Origin: Balanoglossus misakiensis
Lineage: Eukaryota > Animalia > Hemichordata
Direction: 5' to 3'
NCBI GenBank assembly: GCA_040954595.2
Contig: CM082593.2
Location: 11,173,477-11,237,476, forward strand
DNA length: 64,000 nucleotides
Part shown: positions 37,421 through 48,783 of the stretch, piece by piece
Numbering within the stretch: the first letter of the stretch is position 1
How the letters are laid out: each line of letters opens with the position of its first letter
Translations under genes and position numbers: made by a program
The notes under the pieces: generated by a model
Told to the model about the DNA's origin: nothing
The model's database searches: none
What the model saw: only the letters and a program-made list of their open reading frames with translations

Positions 37421-38916
37421 TAGTCCTGTTTCAAAATGACCTACATTACACGTCCTATACACATGTTTTGCATGTTATGATTGGTTTATCCGCTTCTCTT
37501 AGGTCCACTTGCGGCACGCTGATTGGAGGGACCTTGTAGGTTAGGTCTTATTATTATGTATTATTCACTAGACCTTGTAGGTTAGGTCTTATTACTATGC
37601 ATTTTTCGCTTTACAGCTCCCTGATTGGTTAACGTGTCAGTCTGGTCCCCCATGTGTTCACTGCCTCATAATACAGGACCTTGTAGGTTAGGTCATATTA
37701 ATATGTATTTATTCACCATACAGCTCCCTGATTGGTTAACGTGTCAGTCTGGTCTCCCAGTGTTCACTGCCTCATTGTGAAATGTCCCATGTGCTTCCTG
37801 GCTAGCGTTGTGGTAACACATTATTCGGTATGTCCGCAGATCATTCATTAATTTTCTGAGAAATAGCCTGACTGATACTATCTCCAACATAAACTGCACC
37901 CTGGAAAGATTAAATGATTTTTAGATGGACTTTGAAAATCTGATTAACACATCTAAGCATTTTTGCTAACAGTTGTATATTTTCTTAAATCACCCTCCTA
38001 CTTCTCATCATCAATATTATTATTGTTGTTTTACTATTTTAAAGTAAATTTGTTTTGACGTAGATGTTGTGAAAAGGAGTACGTTGTCCGTTTATACATT
38101 CGTATATTGTTTTCATAAAAATGGAACTATGACGGTGCAGCTTCGTGAAAGAAGTACAATAAAAGTAATCATACCTGTAAAGCAACTAATGAGGTATCCC
38201 AATTAAAGAAATGCAATGCTATTCTAAACAGTTCTATTGTAAGATATTTTTGGTTTACTCGAATGAATAGCACACACTTCGTATTCAGCCAGGTGTTACA
38301 CGAAGTGATGCGCTGAAAAGCATTACGTAACAAAACACTAGCCCATTTCAACAAACCGCCACTGGAAATAAAATAAAAAAATTCTCCTGGCAATTTTTAT
38401 TTCGAGTATCTAGTTCACAGTATCACAAAAAATGCCATGAATAGTGAAGGAAATGTTAAATCCAATCATTATATGAGTGCCTTTCTTTATACACTGGGAT
38501 CGAGCTTCGACAACGCGCAGGCAGCATGCCAGACAGAATACGACAACTGTATTCAGAAAGTACAAAAGACTTTGCATAACGAGGCAGTGAAAATTGGAGA
38601 CCTACACATTAACCAATCAGGGAGCTGACAATTGAATAAATGCATGTTAATAAGACCTAACCTACAAGGTCCTGCATAATGAGGCAGTGAACACTGGAGG
38701 ACCAGACCTACACATTAACCAATCAGGGAGCTGTAAAGTGAATAATACATAGTAATAAGACCTAACCTACAAGGTCTAGTGAATAATACATAATAATAAG
38801 ACCTAACACATAAGGTCCCTCCAATCACCGTGCCTCAAGTGGACCTAAGATTACCAGATGGACCAATCACAGATGTCGGTACATATGTCATGGACCTGAC
38901 TTATGAAACAGGACCG
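37421..38916. mobile_element. Foldback/MITE-like element with ~350-bp modular TIRs, present only in the right arm
   Basis: Ends GTCCTGTTTCA / TGAAACAGGAC. Subterminal repeats gaccttgtaggttaggtc and cagctccctgattggttaa are mirrored at 38575-38850. The empty site ggtcacat|tcagaa is in the left arm near 24965. Confidence 0.85.
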
Positions 38917-39931
38917 TTCAGAACTACCTAGTCTATGCCCGGCAGTGTTCTGTCCGCTTTGCTTCCAAAACTAATGTCTGGCCTCACTCATGCCACTTGC
39001 CCAATAAACTAATACCCCTTGCTGGGAATTATGATGTAACTAGCGTCGCTTTGAAGCCTATCACATTACTGAACAGTGTTGATTTGGTGTAAGATTATAG
39101 TGAAGGCAGGGCTTATTACATTGAAAATGCTACCCAACCTTAATTACACGTATGTATATCCTTTGTCTAATCATTGGAAAAACAATGTACATGTACCAAA
39201 GACTAAGTAGCTATTTGAAGGTGAATCGCAAGTGGGCACTTTTATTACTTAACCTCAAGCAGTCGGTTAGCTACCGTATACTAAGACAAACATTCCTGGT
39301 GTAATTAACATCACTGTCATTAGTAATATCTATCTCCAATCAGTATCAGTTCTGCCTTTATGTTATTTTAAGTCAATTGTCAAGGTTCATGTACATATAT
39401 TACAGCTTAACTGTCTTGTCAAAAACTTACGCATGTACATGTACCTAATTCTAGGCTTACCTGTAGGGTTAGAGATACAGTGTTTTATATTAATATGCAT
39501 TAATATGAAACTAAAATTTGATGGTTAATTTAAGACCCCCTGAGCAATGGTAACCTCGTTAAATATGTGCATATCTAATTCTAGGCTATTCAGCTGAAGT
39601 AGAAACCTGGACATGGACAACTTCGGGGTCAAAATCTTTTGACAAACATTTGTGTGATCTTGGGTAAACTTTGACCTACATTCCTATATTTTAGCATCCG
39701 GAGCAGATACAACCTTGACACTTGGAGTGATGGAACTATTTGATTGAGTATTATGTCTTGCCTCATTAATTATGTACTTACCTAATGCCAGCCTAACCAA
39801 TAGGGCTGGAAGTCTGGCTTTTTGGACATGATAAATTTGAGATCAACATTTTTCTACAGCAGCCAGCCTTCTCTTAAAAAGAATGGACAATATAAAGGCT
39901 TTGATGGTATACTGAACTTTTGACTCCCTCC

Positions 39932-40137
39932 CTGAGACTGTGTGCCAATGACGGGATAGCCTACTCAGCGTTGGGTAGATCCTAAGAAGGCCTCAGCCAG
40001 GCATCAAATACAAAAAGCGGAAATCCAAGCTTTAATGGTGGGTTACATCGTTAACTTCCCTGCAGAGCTGATTTCTCAGACTGTGAGCCAATGACGGGTA
40101 AAGCCCCTAGGTAGGGGCCACCTAAGACAGGCCGGTC
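39932..40137 (+). ncRNA. Two tandem structured stem-loop motifs (39932-39996 and 40079-40137), right copy
   Basis: Shared scaffold GCC-AAUGAC-GGG(A)U-[7-bp hairpin]-A(U)CCU-AAGA(C)A-GGC with different but pairing apical stems. G-U wobbles favour this strand. Confidence 0.55.
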
Positions 40138-43124
40138 ATGCTTTAATCACAAAGAAGGGCAAGTTTAGTCTTACCACAACTTTGTCTGCTGTATATGCTT
40201 CATAAAGATTGCAGAGTATTTTGAGAATACATTGTGTTAAGGCAGTGTGACCAGCTAAAAAGTACTGGCAAACACAGCCAATGTGTAATGAAAAACATCT
40301 AATTTGGCTGAATAAAAGACATAAAACACAGCAAAAGCACTGTGACTAGCTGAGACATAATACTCCATTATGCAGTTCCATCACTCCAAGTGTCAGGGAT
40401 GTATCTGTGCCGGATGCCAAGATATAGGAATGTAGGTCAAAGTTTACCCAAGATCACCCAACATTTTGTCAAAAGATTTTGACCCCAAAGTTGTCCATGT
40501 CCAGGTTTCTACCGCAACTGGATAGCCTAGAATTAGATATGTACATATTTAATGAGGTTACCATGGATCAAGGCAGTCCTAAGTAAACCATCAAATTTTT
40601 AGTTTCATGTTAATTCATGTTAATATAAAACGCTGTATCTCTAACCCTCTGGTATGCCATTCTGTGTTTCATGCTACCCAATATGGGTAAGTAGGTAAAA
40701 AGTCACCCTAGGCCAATTGAAATTTTGCTGAAAAAATCACGTCTCTTACATATGTACATTTGGTAAAAGGGAAATTTTAATCACGGAGTAGAACATATTC
40801 ATAAAAAATATTTGAGGGAAAGAAGGAAGTTTTTCATAGCTTTGGTGCGTCAAATAGTAGAGAGGTTCCCTTGTTATCCTTAGACTCAAACTCAGAGTTT
40901 CCAATCTTTCAGTATTTTCATGATATTACTTTCCATCTTAGATTTGTTCATCTAAACAAACTGACTGATAGGTATACATGAACATTTTATTGACTAATGA
41001 ATGTGCCTGTATGTTGCAATTTAAAGAAGTCAGATATTAAACAAGCGCCACACCTGTTTTAATCAGCCTCCATATGGAGGGTACACATCGCAGAGAGATG
41101 ACAAACCCCATGCAAATTCAAGTAATATGTCTCAATGGTGCTGATTTTAAAGGATAGGTGGATGATTTGAAAAATGTTATTGTGGAAAAAGATGTGTAAA
41201 ATTTGGCAGCTTGTGAGGCTTTAATTGTAAAATCTTTGAAATGTGTTTTACTCTTTAGGTCCAATTTTGTATATGTCAATATACCATTGGGACCAATGTG
41301 AAATTGTTCTAAACTCAGAAACTCAAGAAGGTACTGGTCAGATTGCTTTAGAAATTGGTGTGTATTTATGTTATTGAGACTTTATACAGATTTTATTTTT
41401 CATTTTTGAAGTATATTTTGGGGTGATTTTGGTCGTCATATACTCAGAAACCTCTACCACATTTTTTTTAAAATTTGGTTTGCATGTTTTTAGGTGTGAT
41501 TTTATGACAATTTAACAAACCCAGTGATGGAAGTGACAATATTTTTTTTTTTTTTTTTTTGGCAATTACTGCCATTTTTGTCTGATTGCTTTGCAATTTA
41601 GTTTGCAGTTTCTAGGGAATTCTTACTGTGGTGCACAAAATTCACAAAGGTGATTTACTATCCTCATGCGCTTTGTTGAACTGGCACCCTGTTGCAAAAC
41701 AGACATTACAACACTCTTTGAATTGAATTCATAGCTACCAATTTTTCGGGGGTGTAGCACCTTTTTTATGCCTAAAACTTTGATCGAGAACTTCAAATTA
41801 AATGCAACCCTCCAAATATTTGCAATATTTCAGGTAAAATGATTTAATTTTAAAGCATAAATTTTGATGTATTCATAATCATTAAGAAAAACACATTTTG
41901 AAAATAGAATATTAATCACACTAGCAGTCATAATACTTTTGAATCATCACTAAAGAACATATAGAAAAATTAAACAGGTGTTAATTATTTATATTTGAAC
42001 GCAAAGCGTAAATTCCCTTGTGCCATGGAATTGACAATCTGCAACTGGTGGGGTCCTTCTGCCAGTAAAAAGCATCAGATAAATTCTGCATGCTCATCAC
42101 CGAGGCAATTTAGGTGTACTTTTGTACTTTAAGAACTGTCGGTTTTCGCAACTGAAACTCTGTTCACAGGACAGAGGAAAAACTAGAATGACAACAGCTA
42201 TGTAAGCTAACAAAAGGAACACAGAGCATAGTTCTCCATACTCACATTTTAATGCAATAATTTTTGCTGAAACTGGGGCGTCCGTGGGCAGGCAAAGGCA
42301 GTTCTAACTCGACTTGCAAATAAGGCCCATGTCTCTTGTTCGCTGAGATTGTCTGGTTCTAATAATAGCTGTAAGAACTTGATCATTGACCGAACTGTTG
42401 GTTCAATTTTGCAACATTTTATGATTTCAAGCTGTGCAATATTTGCAACTCAGTTTCAACTTTGGTTGGAGGGATGATGATGAAGCCATTTCACTGACAA
42501 AATAGCGCTACTGACTGATGTCAATGTTTGTTTACAGTCAAATGCATTGCCATCATAAAAATACATGTGAGAAATTTCTTATGTGTATGATACACACTTT
42601 TGTGCATGACTGCAAACTCTGTTACAGTTGTGAAATTCTAAGGGTTGAATTCATTGGGTAGAATTCATGTTTTTTGGATTCTTAAACAACCAGTCACGAA
42701 AGCTAAGTGGTTACCTCAGAGAAACTGTGTTAAATTTGGTCATCAATTGCTTTAAATCACACAAGACATTCCCAGAGCTAAAGTTACTGCAGCAGTCAGT
42801 TTCAACTCAGCTTGCAAATTGGGATCATGTCTTGTGTTCATCGAGACTGTCTGTAGTCGAGTTGACAGTCCTATGGGGTCAATGATGAACCTACAAATGT
42901 TCTTTCCAATGAAATTGTTATAAATCTAATATTCAGGATTTGCATTCATACCTTAAACAATATAACTGTATTGCAAATATGGCAACTCTTCTAAGTTACA
43001 TTGGAACACCTTCTCGCCACTGTTTGTGCCAAAATGGTGAATAAGCTTTCATTTTCAAGCCTTAACATAGGCACCCAAAACAAGACAACAGCATTGCAAA
43101 TATGGCATTTTTTGTTCAACTCTT

Positions 43125-43782
43125 CTCATTTGCATAGTCCAAAATGGCCGATAAAATCCTCTAACATGTAAATTTCCTATGGTCGTCTTAAATAGTGTGT
43201 AGTATCGCATTTGAAGGGTTTTCATCAATATGGGTACCTAAAACAATTTCAACGTGGTTGACATTGCAATGTTAGACAGCTGTTCTAATTTGCATAATCT
43301 AGAATGGCCGACAAACTTCTCTAACATGTAAATTTACTATGGTTGTCTTTAATAGTGTGTAATATCGCATTTGCAGGGTTTTCATCAATATGGGTACCTA
43401 AAACAATTTCAACGTCGTTGACATGGCAATATTAGACAGCTGTTCTAATTTGCATAATCCAAAATGGCCACCAAACTCTTCTTAAATGTAAATTTCCCTG
43501 TTTTGTCTTATATGGTGCCTAAAATCGCATTTGCAGGGTTTTCATCAATATGGGTAACTAAAACAATTTCAGCGTGGTTGACATGGCAATATTAGACAAC
43601 TGTTCTAATTTGCATAATCCAAAATGGCCGACAAACTTCTCTAACATGTAAATTTCCCTGGTTTGTCTTATATGGTGTGTAATATCGCATTTTCACGGTT
43701 TTAATTAATATGGGTACCTAAAACAATTTCAACGTGGTTGACATGGCAATATTAGACAACTGTTCTAATTTGCATAATTCGA
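43125..43782. repeat. 160-bp tandem repeat, ~4 copies (about 1.5 copies in the left arm at 17425-17655)
   Basis: aatttgcataat recurs at 43287, 43447, 43607 and 43767. Confidence 0.9.
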
Positions 43783-44387
43783 ACACCTGCTGGATAATTT
43801 AATTTTTGCCCTTCTTGTCCCATGATTATATGTGTAATATCTCATTTTCAATGTGTTTACATGTATATATGCAGAATCCATTTCAAACTAAGTGGGCATA
43901 TTGTAGCGCCAATCTTATTTCTTAATCCGCACCACAGAACTGATGCAAGGTTTAGGACTGGAAATGTATGTGGCCACTGGCCGACACCCCGGGCGAGAGG
44001 TCTCCAATTATTTTCAGCACGTAGTGTGCTTCCCGGTTGATAACATCAATATGTGTAAATGCCAAAAACCCGACCTATTGTAATACCAGTCAAATTTTCT
44101 TTGTCATTTACCATTTTTCTCTTGCATATGAACGTTTTTCTTAAAGAGTACATACCCATATACATTTGTATGGGAGCACACATCCCCACCCCCTGCCAAC
44201 AATAATTGGACAACTTTATTCTTCTTATACTTCTTTTTAGTCTAAACATTCATATAGAGAAGGCAACATGTTCTTGAAGCTGCTGACTATGGAAATATGA
44301 TGAAGTACATTTTCCTAGTTGTACATGTACAGTATGATAGGCCCAATGTACCAATTGGAGATGTGTGCCTTACAGGCAACATACATG

Positions 44388-47300
44388 TAGCTCTGCATGG
44401 CCTGGTTAATCAATGTTGACGCAAAGGTTGACCCCACCAAACACTCAAAATTGATGGGCACGACACTGGCCACTAGCTCTGCATGGCCTGGTTAATCAAT
44501 GTTGACGCAAAGGTTGACCCCACCAAACACTCAAAATTGATGGGCACGACACTGGCCACTAGCTCTGCATGGCCTGGTTAATCAATGTTGACGCAAAGGT
44601 TGACCCCACCAAACACTCAAAATTGATGGGCACGACACTGGCCACTAGCTCTGCATGGCCTGGTTAATCAATGTTGACGCAAAGGTTGACCCCACCAAAC
44701 ACTCAAAATTGATGGGCACGACACTGGCCACTAGCTCTGCATGGCCTGGTTAATCAATGTTGACGCAAAGGTTGACCCCACCAAACACTCAAAATTGATG
44801 GGCACGACACTGGCCACTAGCTCTGCATGGCCTGGTTAATCAATGTTGACGCCAAGGTTGACCCCACCAAACACTCAAAATTGATGGGCACGACACTGGC
44901 CACTAGCTCTGCATGGCCTGGTTAATCAATGTTGACACAAAGGTTGACCCCACCAAACACTCAAAATTGATGGGCACGACACTGGCCACTACAATGTAGC
45001 TCTGCATGGCCTGGTTAATCAATGTTGACGCAAAGGTTGACCCCACCAAACACTCAAAATTGATGGGCACGACACTGGCCACTAGCTCTGCATGGCCTGG
45101 TTAATCAATGTTGACGCAAAGGTTGACCCCACCAAACACTCAAAATTGATGGGCACGACACTGGCCACTAGCTCTGCATGGCCTGGTTAATCAAGGTTGA
45201 CGCAAAGGTTGACCCCTCCAAACACTCAAAATTGATGGGCACGACACTGGCCACTAGCTCTGCATGGCCTGGTTAATCAAGGTTGACGCAAAGGTTTACC
45301 CCACCAAACACTCAAAATTGATGGGCACGACACTGGCCACTAGCTCTGCATGGCCTGGCTAATCAAGGTTGACGCAAAGGTTGACCCCACCAAACACTCA
45401 AAATTGATGGGCACGACACTGGCCACTAGCTCTGCATGGCCTGGCTAATCAAGGTTGACGCAAAGGTTGACCCCACCAAACACTCAAAATTGATGGGCAC
45501 GACACTGGCCACTAGCTCTGCATGGCCTGGCTAATCAAGGTTGACGCAAAGGTTGACCCCACCAAACACTCAAAATTGATGGGCGCGCCACTGGCCCCTA
45601 GCTCTGCATGGCCTGGCTAATCAAGGTTGACGCAAAGGTTGACCCCACCAAACACTCAAAATTGATGGGCGCGACACTGGCCACTAGCTCTGGCCTGGCT
45701 AATCAATGTTGATGCAAGGGTTGACCCCACCAAACACTCAAAATTGATGGGCACGACACTGGCCACTAGCTCTGGCCTGGCTAATCAAGGTTGACGCAAA
45801 GGTTGACCCCACCAAACACTCAAAATTGATGGGCGCGACACTGGCCACTAGCTCTGGCCTGGCTAATCAAGGTTGACGCAAGGGTTGACCCCACCAAACA
45901 CTCAAAATTAATGGGCGCGACACTGGCCACTAAGCTCTGGCCTGGCTAATCAATGTTGACGCAAGGGTTGACCCCACCAAACACTCATAATTGATGGGCA
46001 CGACACTGGCCACTAGCTCTGGCCTGGCTAATCAATGTTGACGCAAGGGTTGACCCCACCAAACACTCATAATTGATGGGCACGACACTGGCCACTAAGC
46101 TCTGGCCTGGCTAATCAAGGTTGACGCAAGGGTTGACCCCACCAAACACTCATAATTGATGGGCACGACACTGGCCACTAGCTCTGGCCTGGCTAATCAA
46201 GGTTGACGCAAGGGTTGACCCCACCAAACACTCAAAATTGATGGGCACGACACTGGCCACTAGCTCTGGCCTGGCTAATCAAGGTTGACGCAAGGGTTGA
46301 CCCCACCAAACACTCAAAATTAATGGGCACGACACTGGCCACTAGCTCTGGCCTGGCTAATCAAGGTTGACGCAAGGGTTGACCCCACCAAACACTCAAA
46401 ATTGATGGGCGCAACACTGGCCACTAAGCTCTGGCCTGGCTAATCAATGTTGACGCAAGGGTTGACCCCACCAAACACTCATAATTGATGGGCACGACAC
46501 TGGCCACTAGCTCTGGCCTGGCTAATCAAGGTTGACGCAAGGGTTGACCCCACCAAACACTCAAAATTGATGGGCACGACACTGGCCACTAAGCTCTGGC
46601 CTGGCTAATCAAGGTTGACGCAAGGGTTGACCCCACCAAACACTCATAATTGATGGGCACGACACTGGCCACTAGCTCTGGCCTGGCTAATCAAGGTTGA
46701 CGCAAGGGTTGACCCCACCAAACACTCAAAATTGATGGGCACGACACTGGCCACTAGCTCTGGCCTGGCTAATCAATGTTGACGCAAGGGTTGACCCCAC
46801 CAAACACTCAAAATTGATGGGCACGACACTGGCCACTAGCTCTGGCCTGGCTAATCCAGGTTGACGCAAGGGTTGACCCCACCAAACACTCAAAATTAAT
46901 GGGCGCGACACTGGCCACTAAGCTCTGGCCTGGCTAATCAAGGTTGACGCAAGGGTTGACCCCACCAAACACTCAAAATTGATGGGCACGACACTGGCCA
47001 CTAAGCTCTGGCCTGGTTAATCAATGTTGACGCAAAGGTTGAACCCACCAAACACTCAAAATTAATGGGCACGACACTGGCCACTAGCTCTGCATGGCCT
47101 GGTTTATCAATGTTGACGCAAAGGTTGACCCCACCAAACACTCAAAATTAATGGGCACGACACCGGCCACTAGCTCTGCATGGCCTGGTTAATCAATGTT
47201 GACGCAAAGGTTGACCCCACCAAACACTCAAAATTAATGGGCACGACACCGGCCACTAGCTCTGCATGGCCTGGTTAATCAATGTTGACGCAAAGGTTGA

Positions 47301-47600
47301 CCCCACCAAACACTCAAAATTAATGGGCACGACACTGGCTACTAGCTCTGCATGGCATGGTTAATCAATGTTGATGCAAAGGTTGACCCCACCAAACACT
47401 CAAAATTAATGGGCACGACACTGGCCACTAGCTCTGCATGGCCTGGTTAATCAATGTTGACGCAAAGGTTGACCCCACCAAACACTCAAAATTAATGGGC
47501 ACGACACTGGCCACTAGCTCTGCATGGCCTGGTTAATCAATGTTGACGCAAAGGTTGACCCCACCAAACACTCAAAATTAATGGGCACGACACTGGCCAC
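44388..47600. repeat. Satellite array, 38 units of 82-86 bp
   Basis: Unit tagctctgcatggcctggttaatcaatgttgacgcaaaggttgaccccaccaaacactcaaaattgatgggcacgacactggccac; central units lack 4 bp. Confidence 0.98.
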
Positions 47601-47605
47601 TACAT

Positions 47606-48447
47606 GTATTTGTGATATTTTACATGGTTAACCACGCCTTGAGAAAAGTAATTATAAGAGAACTTTGTTTCCAAAGTTAGGGGAGAATAATCTAACGGGA
47701 GATGGGAGTACCTCAGGCTACTGAGCTCGTTCCCTTCCTCATGTACTTTACTGGGCGTATTTGATGTACTATAATAATTCCGGACAATAAATGAACGTAA
47801 ATCAGATACGTTTCTCCGTGGATCACGGTTCTCGTCAGAGCCCGTTACCTCATCGCTACAGATTCCCCGATGCATGAAAAATCATGAGAAACCAGCGGTA
47901 ATACAAGTGTCACGATTGAGTTTTAACGATCATAGATCTTGTTTATGATTACGTAAGAAGTCATTCACTTATATGGTTTTAGTCCAGTATTGACATTGGT
48001 ACTTGACCCAGAGTAAACAAGATTGTGTAATTGATACATGTCAGAACGAGATAGAGATATCACGCGCTAAGTTCATGTTTAAGAAATATCAAGATGACGT
48101 GTTCCTTTTATGACTTAATACTTGACTAACGTATTAATAAGGTGTGGTGAAATTTGAGATCACACATTTATCACCGGAGATCCGTGATGGGAGTCAACGA
48201 GCATGGATCGAGTCGTGTAATTCTTACGTGTGACCAGTAATAAACCAGAACTTTGTGTTACTCGGAAAACTTCTTGCAAGTCTCTGTCTACGAAAGGTTT
48301 ACGATCTGCCGGGTACCTCTCTCGGACTTTATGAATATGTTGGGTGGAGAAGGAGATGGAGAGAATGTACGCCGTCAGCTTTCGGACGTGGCTGATTCCC
48401 CACAGAAGCCGATGAGGTAAACGTCCGGAGGACGACCGGCCGTAACA
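47606..48447 (+). mobile_element. Probable solo or truncated LTR
   Basis: CpG-richer block with AATAAA at ~48239 and an LTR-like end ccggccgtaaCA at 48447. The 5' boundary and TSD were not found. Confidence 0.35.
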
Positions 48448-48449
48448 AC

Positions 48450-48783
48450 AAACTGCATGAATTAAAGTTCAACAATCCTTAGAAGACAGGAACGTCAGAG
48501 GTTGAATCTTGATGGGAAAAGGCGAGGTATCGCTGGTTATCATCCGCGTACTGATGAAATTGTAGGATGAGGGGACGAATCGGTTTACTATAAAGTTGGG
48601 CTATATAAATGGTGAACAACAGAGGGGCAGTGGCACCCCGTATACGAGAGGTGACTGTGAACTTGCAGTGTTTTCGATGATTACAGTTTGATATCTATAT
48701 TGAAGGTAAGATGTAAACCATGTTAGTACTGTGTCTGAGATGCCAAGGTTCAATAGTCTACAAAGAAGTATCCCGTGATGCAA
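48450..48783 (-). mobile_element. L2/CR1-type LINE reverse transcriptase fragment
   Basis: HGILLCRLLNLGISDTVLTWFTSYLQYRYQTV..YGVP, then ILQFHQYADDNQRYLAF in a shifted frame. Confidence 0.9.

Larger units (their letters stand above)
34227..40335 (+). ncRNA. Putative spliced lncRNA/micropeptide gene, right copy (exons ~34245-34415, 34849-~34932, 39860-~40335)
   Basis: GAGCATGCGCA at 34227, CAAGATGGCG at 34259, donor ttg|gtatgt at 34416, acceptor ttcag| at 34848, acceptor tttttctacag| at 39859, AATAAA at 40311-40316. Confidence 0.5.
34225..44385 (+). repeat. Right arm of the large inverted segmental duplication
   Basis: See left arm. Homology ends where the satellite array begins. Confidence 0.92.

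Noticed and set aside
39932-40137. Canonical SECIS, H/ACA snoRNA, or HDV/hammerhead/twister ribozyme
   Set aside because: AUGA-to-AA spacing is 5 nt rather than ~11-12 and no selenoprotein ORF is seen. ACA boxes fall on the strand disfavoured by the wobble pairs. The required ribozyme pseudoknots or cores could not be built by eye.
46726-46911. 61-aa ORF in the satellite
   Set aside because: Chance frame; unit lengths of 82, 83 and 86 bp are not multiples of three.
44388-47600. CRISPR-like array
   Set aside because: The units are contiguous near-identical repeats with no unique spacers, there are no cas genes, and the context is eukaryotic.
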